The position numbers and the translations under genes are program-made. From NCBI GenBank assembly GCA_040437565.1, contig JBDOQK010000065.1, forward strand, positions 62,001 to 126,000: a stretch of DNA of 64,000 bases, read 5' to 3'. Positions 21,501 to 33,395 of this stretch are shown here, one piece after another. The stretch is from Albugo candida (lineage: Eukaryota). The notes beneath the pieces are model-generated. The model made no database searches. It saw nothing but the letters and a program-made list of their open reading frames with translations, and was not told the origin of the DNA. Positions within the stretch are counted from its first letter, which is position 1. Each line of letters begins with the position of its first letter.

Positions 21501-24500
21501 AAAAGGGCTTTGTAATCCAACACTTTTTTCGTTCGGTAATAGTACAAAATGACGTCGCCAGTGGATTTATTGCTCAGAAAAGTTGCGATTTTGGTAAAGT
21601 TTTTTGGAAATTGAAGGAATTTGTCGACATAAATGCATTTTTCAATATCGCTCCATGGATTCACATACTTTTGCATCTTCAGACGCTCTTTCCAATCGTC
21701 ACAAAGCCCATTCGTGGTGGTACCTTGGCCGTAGCAAGCGCGATCAAACATCAGACACTTGTCCTCGCGAACATCCTCTGGACCGATACGAAGGAGCATA
21801 TTGGGGATCATCGTTGTCATTGCATTTCGAAGTCGCTTTTTACGCGTTTCCTGGTCGGCAATTGCCTGTTGTTTTGCTTGTTCGAGTTTTTCCAAGTCGG
21901 TTTCTGACAAAAGATCGGTGCTATTGGAGTTGTTTGTCAGTCGCGAGGATGACCGAACACCGGAGGCCACCGATGCGAATGCAAAAGTCGAAGTGGAAGN
22001 NNNNNNNNNNNNNNNNNNNNNNNNNNNNNNNNNNNNNNNNNNNNNNNNNNNNNNNNNNNNNNNNNNNNNNNNNNNNNNNNNNNNNNNNNNNNNNNNNNNA
22101 GCATATTGGGGATCATCGTTGTCATTGCATTTCGAAGTCGCTTTTTACGCGTTTCCTGGTCGGCAATTGCCTGTTGTTTTGCTTGTTCGAGTTTTTCCAA
22201 GTCGGTTTCTGACAAAAGATCGGTGCTATTGGAGTTGTTTGTCAGTCGCGAGGATGACCGAACACCGGAGGCCACCGATGCGAATGCAAAAGTCGAAGTG
22301 GAAGTGGAAGAGATACTTGCGCCCAAAGATGCAAACTCCTTCTCAGCAGTTGTTTCTTCCTTCTCATCAGACTTTAGCAATTCATTGCATTTCACCTTTC
22401 GTTTGCTCTTACTTTTTTCCAAACGCTTTCGAGCTTTTTCAAAGCGCTTGACACGAGTCTTCCATGCTTTTTTATGCTCGACATACTCTTTCGCCAATGT
22501 TTTCTTCAGTTCTAGTCGTTTTCGGTTGCGGTCGGATAAGTGTCGCTGCAATTCGAATCGATTCTTTTCGTGGCTTTTGATATTGGACTGGTAGAATGGA
22601 TACTCGGACATCTGCGTGTATACTTTGCCGGCTTTGGGTAAGAGTTCAGCAGCTTTTTTAGCTTTTGTGATATTGTCGGCGAATATCGTGCCTACACTTT
22701 CGATTAGGCCAATGTCCATGAATCGATTCGTCGGTTGCGTGTCTACACGATCCTTTGAGACGATTTGGGATTCCTTCGTTGTATCTGGAGATTCGAAAAT
22801 ACATTTTTCGATGAATTGGATTTCTTCCTTCACGTGTGTGATTGAGCTATCGAGTGTGTCGATGAGTTCCAAAATGGATTGCTTGGAAGGCCGAGGGTCC
22901 GGTGTTGGTGCGACAGATGCTGACGGTACGTCTTTCGAGGCTGTCGAACTTTGTTCTATCGATTCTGATTGCTGCAAAACATGAGGAAGCTCTTGTTTTG
23001 GTTCGAGGACCTCGTCATACGCAGTACACAGCTTTTTTGATTCCAACATTGGTGATGAAGCTGTAGGAGCCACCGTAGAGCTGACAAGACCTTGACCCCA
23101 TCCAAGACGGGGACGTTTCTTTGTGGTGATGGCTGGCTCAAGCGGTTGTGCATCTTTGCTGTTGTCGACGACCGATGTGGACGAATGCATGTGTGTGTCT
23201 TCCAAGTTCGAATTTTGGGCTATATTGGACAACTTTCTCTCACAACCAGAATCCTCTGGTAAAGAACGCTTGCACAAAGCAGAGTCCAACTGCGTGATAG
23301 CGCTAGAAGACTGCATGTTGGAGGCATTTTCGCTCTTCTTTAGACTTTCCTGCGAGGTTTGTTCTGAGAGATCGCTTGTATATCCACCAGTTGTAGCTCG
23401 TAAACTTTCGTTCTGAGGCGCGGAATGCGGTGAATTGACAATAGTAAAACTATCGCGGGAACAACTAGCCTCAATGATATGATTGGGCTGTACCGAAACG
23501 TGCGTTTTCGTTTCCATCAAAGGACACGCATCACCAAAATGTTTAGACTCTGCGTTCTTATGTTCCTCCAAAGTGCTTTTACCAATTCCGCTTCCACCAC
23601 ATGTCCTGTCCTTCGCAAATGCATCTTCTGTAGCATTTGTAGTGACCATCTTTTTTGATTGCTTAAACATGGATTCGGACTTGTCACTCTGTCTCGCGCT
23701 TTGACAAATTACTTCTGCTTTCGTCTCCTCGACAACATTTATTTCATTGCTCTCTGGCACGAGTCCTGGTTCCTCATCTATTTCCACGTGCCTATTTGCA
23801 ATCGAAACAACGCGACTATCTTCTCGGCCTCGTACAATTGTTGATTCACATTCTTCAGTTTGTATCCTGCTTTTATTAGCATCGAAGCTGTCTGGTCTTT
23901 GACTCGCCCAATGTAACTCTGACTGAGGCCGCTCGCTCGCTTTTGACGTCTGCTCGGTGAGGCTTTTCTCTTCAGTCAATTTCCTCTCAGTATTCGATGT
24001 TTCTATTGCTGTTTGTTCTTTTCTCGTATTGATCACAACCTTCTCACCAGCTTGTCTATCGAAAGGTCTCTCACGCTCGTCACGTGATCGCTCTCTTCTA
24101 CCAAATGCGTCAGTGTTTTCTGTTGTTGCTTGATCCATCACTCTTTGCTCAGTACGAGTTGTAGTATAAGATTGCTTCCGAATCGGAGGATACTTGATAC
24201 TTCTGTACTCGGTCCTTTCATGCTTGATAAACGTTCGACCAAAACTCGGACTATCGTGATACACCCTATCGCGTCCAAAATTTCCCATTTCTCGATCTCG
24301 ACCACTCCTATCATTATAAGATGACCCACCTCTTCCTCCCATGCGACTTCCTGATGAAGCAAATCGACGAGGAGTCCACGATTCTTCATGATTTTGCCTT
24401 CGGTTGTAGGATCGCGAATGGGAGGGGCTTCTCGATCGAGAAGAAGATTTGCTACCACGCACCCAATTCTCATTTGTGTGATTGTACTTCCCACGATAAT

Positions 24501-24807
24501 GCGTCGAGGGGGAGCGTGAGGTTGATCGTAATCGGGAAGGTTCTCGAGGATGTGAGTCACGACGGTGATACATTGCCTCCACTCGTAAAGGAGCTCTGTA
24601 CCGTTCTCGAGGATGAGTATCAGTATGAAATCTGGAAGCGTTTCGAGGTGAGAAGAACGGCATACCCCGTACTTCTCTGTCCTCTGTTGCGTTATTGGAC
24701 GATTTATGTGTGAAGAAATGCGTTGATCTCTCTTGACTATTACACGACTTTTCGTAAGAATCATTGGTACGAGGAGATAGCGTGCATTCTGAAGTGCGTC
24801 TTTCCAT
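18509..24807 (-). CDS. Large double SANT/Myb nuclear corepressor-like protein (NCoR/Snt1 type)
   Basis: SANT1 PWSDIEKCIYVDKFLQFPKNFTKIATFLSNKSTGDVILYYYRTKK, SANT2 KWTETEKADFL...KTAAQIKNYYQNYK, RPRLGWGQGL motif, coiled coil and Q-rich tail. The two ORFs merge across the gap at 22000-22099. Confidence 0.85.
18555..18600 (-). repeat. CAA/CAG polyglutamine tract
   Basis: A (tgt/tgc)n run encodes HQQQQQQQQQQQQQQH near the C-terminus. Confidence 0.85.
21795..22304. other. Scaffold gap (22000-22099) with artefactual duplicated flank
   Basis: 21795-21999 recurs at 22100-22304. Confidence 0.9.
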
Positions 24808-25109
24808 CTTTTCAATCTAACCCGAGATATTTGTAACGCGGTATATCGTTGTTTTTATGTGATCCTGGATTGCAATTAGGTGCCAGTGATGCTTTAAACT
24901 ATGGTTTCTGCACACCAAGTTAATGAACCTGATTCGCTTGAATACAGCCAATGAGCGATTGGACAAGATTCTCGCAGTGTCAGTGTTCACCTTATGTAAT
25001 GGAAAGTCGAAGATAAAGTACACGATAGCGTCAGATTCATTTAATTGTTTACTTGTCTATGCACGTGCACGTATTTAATACATCGTTTCATTTTGCTTCT
25101 TGCTTGATT

Positions 25110-26635
25110 ATGTTCGGATCGAGTGTTTTGTTGGTGCTGTTGTTCATACTACAGATCGATAGCGTCCGTTTCACTGGATTGACGGGTCGATCGATAGCAA
25201 AGCGACTGCATGATTCGATAGCATCGACTGAATGCCTCACCTACCAAAAGAGCGGTGATTTGTGGCATCACGAATGGTGTTTTAATAAACACGTTCGACA
25301 GTACAATCTCTATGAGCAAAATAACTCTGTGCAGAGTTATGTTACAGGGAGATATGTACACTATGAAAGCCGAACGTATCCCATTATGTCGACCAGTGGC
25401 AGTGTATCTGCAAATACGTACTACCTGAGCCAGAAATTTACGCAAGGGGACAATTGTATATCGGAAAAAGATCTGAAACAACGAGTTACTGAAATTCGCT
25501 ATAGATGCTGTGGTTCAGAAAGCAATGACACGTTCATCGAATCAGTAGAGGAGCCAGCGTCGTGTTCGCATATACTTTGGATGTGCGCACCAGTTGTATG
25601 CGAATTACAGGGCGAGACATTTGTNNNNNNNNNNNNNNNNNNNNNNNNNNNNNNNNNNNNNNNNNNNNNNNNNNNNNNNNNNNNNNNNNNNNNNNNNNNN
25701 NNNNNNNNNNNNNNNNNNNNNNNNATCAAGTCGGTCGCTTTACTCGAGTGATACAAGAGCAGACGCAACAGTGGATCGACTTTGTCCGTTTTGGTCAGAA
25801 TCAGTTGCTAGTTGCAATGATGCTCGATCAAGAGCAAGTTTTGAAATCGAACTCGGGCTCAATCAAGGCTCCATTAGTACCCGTATACCGAACGTTTCAG
25901 CTGCACACGGCACCATCGACGGCGATCAAGTTGCTCAGTTTCTCATGCTCCGTACAAGTTTTGCTGGATTTGAAAAGTTTGAACAAAGAACACCACGAAG
26001 AAACGACCGCCTTCCGATTTCCTTGTATCCAGAGCAAATCTGGAGGCTTTTCTTTCTTACCTCTCAGCATCGCATTTGAAATGGCTGGTGTGGTGGTTGC
26101 AGACCCTATAGACGCGTGTACTAGGCTTGAAGGAGATCATTACCGTGGGAAGTACGTGCTCGCGAATCAAGGGAAATGCTCCCACGAGGAAAAAGCAGCA
26201 AATGTTGTTCCATCTGGTGCCATTGGCTTACTTATTTGGATAACAGAAAAGCTCGACGCAATCATCGACGACGTGTTGGTCGAAGCATCGACGGCGAACC
26301 GCCCCGATACGTCAGTTGTGGCTGATACTATTGCAATACCAGTCGTCATGATCTCTAATAGCCTCGGCGAGTTGCTTTATTCTGTCAGCGGCACAAACAT
26401 GAGCGTCCGACTGGATTTTGAGACATTTGTGGATTCTAATCTTGATGTATCACAGCGTTCGCTGGCAAAAACGCTAGCACAAGGCAAAGAGGCGTTTCCT
26501 TTTCTGATGATCAGTAAAAAGCATCCGAACAAAATCTGGCTGGCTGGACCGCAGTGGGGCATTGTGATCCGATCGTTCAACACCACTGCTGGTCGCGAAA
26601 ATTTTGCAATATTCAAATTTCATTCTAGCACATAG
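25110..26635 (+). CDS. EDEM-like MRH-GH47-PA protein, copy 1 (GH47 core hidden in the gap at 25625-25724)
   Basis: N-terminal MRH-like part and C-terminal PA part are collinear with 51988-55044. About 1.6 kb of the copy-3 equivalent is missing at the gap. Confidence 0.75.
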
Positions 26636-29600
26636 CTGTTTTGCAGCTTTCTCAAGTCACAATTTTGTTTTTGCTCACCATTGCGCTTTTTTGATGTTTT
26701 AGTGCCTAATCCGAAAGGCTTATAAAAATTCCAAGTGTTTTTAAGCTCTACGAAGGTTTTGACAAGCTATTTTTTGGTTCTTGTCGAGTAGCTGATAGCT
26801 CCATATCACGCTTTTTGCTGTGCGATATAGTTGCGCGGTTATATTATGCGATCAATTGTCTAAAACGACTTGAATGCGAGCCATCACGTAGTGCCGTCTA
26901 TCTCATCTATGTCCACGTTACACTTTTCGCATTGATATAGATATACAGTGGTTGAGATAATGAGCAAGTCTTTCGCATCAACGATTATGATGAGATGCAT
27001 GAAATCTTTGCTTAATGAGCATTCCTATTTTTTGAATACTTGATCGCCCTGCACAGTATTTGCCGGAAGCACAACCAGAGAAAAGGAATTCATTCAAGAC
27101 TCACCATAACTCCTACGTAGGAAATAGCCGTATTGCTCAATATTGTGAACACCCTATTTGTAATGCCGTTAAAATGTTTATAATGATGCTGACGGGTTCA
27201 TATCCCATCACTGTGGACCACGATCACTTCCAGCTCGGCAAGAGAAGTATTCCTTTCTCCTCAACGGTGGTCTCATGTAAATGCAACCGATTCTATCGTT
27301 TCCGCGAACAATGAAGGTCGGTAAGGAATGCAAAAGCGATCGAAGCAACCCTCTTCGATTTGTTATAAATCCGATCTTAGCACTGATGGAAGCACTTCCC
27401 GGAATTTTACGCTCACTTATCGCTTGCCGTTAATCTGTCACCACAGCCACATACACAGAACTTCTTGAGAAGAGATCAGCGTAGATGAGAAAAATATGGA
27501 CATGAACGTTGTTTGCTCAGCATCACCTCAAAGATAAATGCAAATTGCATGTCACCATAACGTCCCGTAATGAACCTGGGCATGCCGCACTGTAATGCAT
27601 TATGTGTGCTACCGACAGATTGTCTTGATACCCCATACATACGGCCGAGTTGAGAGCTTTGAACGATTGAAAAAACAGCTGGAAGTTAACCTTATATAAG
27701 ATTGCTACCATCTGATCATATATCGAGGTGTAGTTGCAGTACCTGCGTTCTACAGTCCAAAAATTCGAGTGACTTCCACGTCGTCTCTTCAGTATAGTAG
27801 TATTATTTCAGTCATACGTACAAATATCGAACTGACGATTCTGGTGGTCGACCTTTGGTCGCTGATCTCTTCCACCTATCAGATAATGTTCCAGAGGCCT
27901 CTGAGAAGAAACAAAATAGACATCTCGCTGTCCGTTCCAAAAAAGCTCAACAACAAATCAGCCTGAATGACTTACGTGCAAGGTCATCCACGCCCCTGAT
28001 TCTAATAGTAATAGGGGCTTGTTTTCGTATTATAAAGCTTTGCATCAAGGTTCTATTTTGATGTTTGGTAGCTTTTCAGAATTATACAAAGGAGTGGTGC
28101 ATAAGCCGGCAGGTGCTTCTCTTGGCTTGTATTAGACAACGAGTAACTCCTCGCTCATTTTGGTATTATGGATTTTTTTACCGAAAATGATTATATTTGC
28201 CAAGCCAGTGCACCCGTTTGAATATTCTCGAACCGCTCAACAAGATCTTACCTCTTCTATGGTGCGCAGGCGTCGCCACCAACGTGCAATGGTCGAATAC
28301 ACGAGACGACCATGCGGACTTTGGCCACATTATGGTAGCGACATCATCAAGATATATAGTATAAAAGCCTTATTCTTTTTATACAACTTTGGCTCATGGA
28401 TACTCACCGCTGGATCAGTCGAAGCGGTCGACGACACGATGATGCCGGATCTCGCAATCTGAGGAGTCGTTCTTTACCCTGGGTGCAGATATGCGATTGT
28501 CAATGAAGGACGTGACGATCAGCGCGGATCACCAGCATTCACTCGGGTAGTATGGACGCGGACTCGCCCATATCTAGATGGTATATGTTGTGCGACTTAT
28601 GGATGCGGCACATGATAAATTTGGAAACGTGCTTTTGAGCATATTTCATGCGCGAACGCGTTTCCCCATCGACATCGTGATCTCCTAGCCGTGACAAAGC
28701 ACAAGCGAGACTAGAATTACAAGCATAATCAATCGAAAAAGATTAGTCAACAATCTGCTATGTGAAAGTAAGATATTCGTGTTTCTGATCTCCACCACAA
28801 CCATTCTTAGTGATGGATTTTACTGAATTCATTAAGAAATGCGGTGACAAGCGAATAAGTCCTATACCAGCGGTATTGTCGTCGTGACACGTTCGACTGA
28901 GATGCTTGTATAACGTCTCGCCAGGAGCATCAATGAATGGTTTTGAACAGCTTGGTGCACATGGTGCTAAAAAATATTGTCAATTGACCATACTTTAAAA
29001 TGAGCGAGACGACAACCACACTTACTTGGACAGAATAAAATATCTCACAATATAAGTAGTTGCTACACATGCCGATTAGTATATTACTACAACTGCTTGT
29101 AGTTGCTTTCAATAAAAAAAGGCTGCGTTAATAGACATGAGAAGCTCTTCATTGCAGACCTTGGTAGTCGGTGCGAACGACTCAACTAAAATGGCTGCAG
29201 AACGAATAGGCCGATTTCATATCATTGAGATTTACGCGTCAACTTATAGAAACGCTCTATTCGATCAGTTGCAAATTTCTTTTAGGCATATCAAAGTAGC
29301 TCCACGTATCATTCCACACAATAAATTTGGACATTTGCTGTACAATCTGGAGAAAAAATCTGAAATTCAACGTCAGCGCCAATGTCTTGTACTACGGCGT
29401 ATGTGTCCAGATCCCGAGAACTTTCGGATTATAGTCCAGAGTACCAGGCACATTCATATTCGCAAGCACTATAAGTGCATTCAATCAACGCCTGCACGAA
29501 TTCATGTCTATACAGATATTATGATTGACATGTTGACTGGGTGAGTAGACAAACATCCATGTCATTAATACAAATTCAGTTCGAAAACAAGTACCAACAT

Positions 29601-30957
29601 ACATATTTCCACATCTTTTGCTGAATTAAATGTGTTCCGAAACAACCTGGGATACATTCCTTCCTCATTGCAACATTCTAGAATCTCATCTGTATCGACT
29701 AATTTCTACCTTTATAAATAAATGTCACATAAATTGGTTCAATCGAAGTTCTCAACAACTACTACATACATCCAATGGCACTTTGTGCCATTTTCAAGAG
29801 CAAGCGCTACCAAATTCAAAAGGTATCCATTTTTTTAAGTGACTAGGACATACTGCAAATTTAGGTCATTGACATTGCAACTTGACAATAATGTGGCTGC
29901 AGCATAGCCTGAGCTATCAGGTGGTTGCACCTTATCAGAGTGTGCTTATAGCTTTCGAAAGTGAAAATGATGTTGTTTTAAAATATATATGTAATATGGG
30001 GCTTTCGCTAAGAAGATGTTCTGACTGGTATTGCATGCATTGACGCCAATCTTTCGTGTGGAGCAATACTATCGTCTTGTAATTATCATCGATTTGCAAC
30101 TACGACGATTCTAGCCTTTTGCGCTCAGAGCAGATCACCAATACCACCATCAAAGGATTGTCGCCAAATAGAATGCATAGTAATAGTTGTTATCCAATGG
30201 GGCTTGCGGTATTGACGCTGTTGATCATGGCATGCAAAAAATGCCTCATGAAATTCTCGGCATGCGTCAGTATGCAGATTTACTGAATCCAAACAATTTA
30301 TACATATCACATTTGTCATATCGAAGGCGATGCTGAAGGTTCAATTTCAAGTGTGTAATGTCAACTAGCCCAACAAGGAGTCTATTTCTTTGCTCTTTTT
30401 TTCGGGTCCAAGCTTATTCCTACCCATTACGACGGCAAAATGATACATTTGAATAGCTCTGATACCAGGCTTCGTGCAACGCGCATTTTGACAGTTTTCA
30501 AGTTATTCATATAAGCTTACCTTTGGAAGAATAAACCACGCGAGTCTAATTATCAAATATCGATAGTCTGTATTTGCATAGAGTTTTCCGACCCAATCAT
30601 AGAGCTACAAGTGACCACTGTGCGCTTACTTTCAACATCAGCAAAGCATCATCGAATTTATCACGATTACGGTACAATGGAGAGCCTGTGACAAAACTAG
30701 TGTGATGCAATGTGATCGCTCTATGTAATGATTATTCTACGATTGAGACTGGAAAAACCTCGCTGCTAGATCGAACCGACACAAATGAAGACATCGACCA
30801 AGAACGACAGGATCTCAAGAAAATGCTGCCCATTGTGTTTGACAAGCATATAGGAACGAGAATCATCCGTGGTTAGCCGTTTTGATCAGGCTCCAGATCG
30901 TCCGAATAAGAAATACTTCAAGGATTATATAGTAGAACTTACAACTGACCGGATAAA

Positions 30958-33395
30958 TCATGCGCTAAGACTGTATTTGAATATCGCAAAATACTCACGA
31001 GCGGTTGAGATATTGAACGATCGGATCACAACGCCCCATTGCGGCCCAGACAGCCAGATTTTGTCAGGATGCTTTTTACTGAGCATCAGAAAAGGAAAAA
31101 CTTCTTTTTGTACGGCTTGTGTTCTCAGCAGCGAACGCTGCGACACATCAAGATTAGAGTTGACAGATGTCTCTAGATCCAATCGAAGGCCCATGCCGGT
31201 GTCTCTAAAAGAACAAAGCCAATCGCCGACGCTGTTAGAGACGATCGCGATTGGAATTGCGATGGTATCAGCCGAAATTGAATCATCGGGGCGGTTCAAC
31301 GCTGACGCATCGACCACTACATCGTCGGCCATTACGTCGAGCTTTTTTGTAACCCAGACAAGCAAGGCGATTGCGCCAGATGCAATAACATTCACTGCTT
31401 TTTCTTCATGGGTACACATTCCATGATCCACGATAACGTACTTTCCACGATAATGATCTCCTTGAAGCTTAGTACACGCGTCTATAGGGTCTGCAACCAC
31501 GAGACCAGCCATTGCAAATGCGATACTGTGAGGAAAGAAAGAGAAGCCACCGACTTTGCTTTGGATACAAGGAAATCGGAAGACGGTCGTATCCTCGTAG
31601 TGCTCTTCAGTCGAGCTTATCGGATCTAGCAAAACTTGCACTGAGCATGTAAAACTGATCAACTTGATTGCCGTCGATGGTGCCGTATGCAGCTGAAACG
31701 TTCGGTATACGGGTACTAATGGAGCCTTGATTGAGCCCGAGTTCGATTTCAAAACTTGCTCTTGATCGAGCATCATTGCAACTAGCAACTGATTCTGACC
31801 AAAACGGACAAAGTCGATCCACTGTTGCGTCTGCTCTTGTATCACTCGAGTAAAGCGACCGACTTGATNNNNNNNNNNNNNNNNNNNNNNNNNNNNNNNN
31901 NNNNNNNNNNNNNNNNNNNNNNNNNNNNNNNNNNNNNNNNNNNNNNNNNNNNNNNNNNNNNNNNNNNNCGACTGCTGCGTGTTTGAAAGCCATCATGCAT
32001 GTTCACGTTAGTGTACCAATCGCCCACTCGGTTGTGTGTCATAATTGCATCATACATTTCCTCAAAAATGCGTAAGAATTCGACATCGCCGAAATTCATA
32101 TACATTTTCAAATAGTATTCGTACACGCTATCAGCATTAACTCCTATGCCCGATAGCATCTCGCGCCACATACGATTCTGAATATCGATATGCTTTCCTA
32201 AAAGACCAGCCTTGGAACGACTTTCGTAAAGAGCCCGCGCGGATATGCGGGAAGCGTTGGCATACTTGATGTCTCCGGTCAAGACACTCAGCATTGTGAA
32301 CTCCATCGTGAGTGAGCCTGCTCCAGCGGTATTGGCAATCGTTGTCTCACCTATCGGTACACCTCGACGCAAGTTTACAGTTCCATATGGAATTTCACTT
32401 TCTGACTGAAATGCTGGCATCAGTCGATCTGCAATGTCGATAGCAAGTGTGAGCAGCTCATTTTTGTACATTCCGTTCGGCAGTAGGGCCAACCGTTCGT
32501 TGATGGCAAACATATGAGCAGACAATAGACCTCCGAGGACTCGAATCGTGGTTTCAAAGACCGAAACATTCTCATCCAAATCAAAATTTGTGTGCTCTAT
32601 AACGTATCGGATACCACGCTCGAATTCAACTCGATCTTCCAATATCGCAAGCATATCCAATGCATCGATCAATGTTAGCAATGGAATTTTACTCAGGGCA
32701 AAACTACCGCCACGACAGCTTAGCGGCAATAGATCATCAGATGGGAAAGCGTGGTCCATATAGCCGTGATATGCGTGATAGAACATGTCCTTTACAACCT
32801 GAAGCCATTCCAATCGTTCTTCTTCTTCCATTCCATTAGCTTCGACAAATGTCTCGCCCTGTAACTCGCATACAACTGGTGCGCACATCCAAACTATATG
32901 CGAACACGACGCTGGCTTCTCTACTGACTGAATGAACGTGCCATCGACCCCTGAACCGCAGCATTTGAAGCGAACATCAGTGGCTCTTCTCAGTATATCT
33001 GTGTTTGACATACAATTGTCCCCTTGCGTGAACTTTTGGCTCAGATAATACATATTTGTAGTCACACTGCCAGGAATACACATGATATGATACGTTCGGC
33101 TTTCATAGTGTATATACTTCCCCATAATAAAGCTTTCCACAGAATTATTCTGCTCATATCGACGATACTGACGAACGTGTTGATTGAAACACCATTCATA
33201 CTGCCACAGGCCATCGCTCTCACGATAGGTAAGGCACTCAGTCGATGCTATCGAATCATCCAGTCGCTTTGCTATCAATCGACCTGCCAATCCAGTGAAA
33301 CGGACTTCTTGATCATTCGATAAAGTAGCATGGACAGCTCGGTTATGTAGGTACACAAGGATTATTACTCGCAGGATCCCTATTCCGATGATCAT
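30958..33395 (-). CDS. EDEM-like MRH-GH47-PA protein, copy 2 (inverted; gap at 31869-31968)
   Basis: Motifs VFETTIRVLGGLLSAH, IPYGTVNL and DSVYEYYLK, plus PA region DACTKLQG..GKYVIVDHGMCTHEEKA. Confidence 0.85.

Noticed and set aside
24138..24815. Long alternative-frame and antisense ORFs overlapping real genes (also 12166-12747, 3555-4151, 30869-31426)
   Set aside because: Shadow ORFs of coding sequence with no recognisable motifs.
25625..25724. Copy 1 as a naturally GH47-less MRH-PA protein
   Set aside because: The missing part coincides exactly with an N gap of nominal size, so its absence cannot be inferred.
26636..30957. Possible transposase traces between the convergent copies (VIVVHSDG near 27200; CINC..VNLHTDACREFH near 30300)
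   Set aside because: Too short and degenerate to assign without a profile search.
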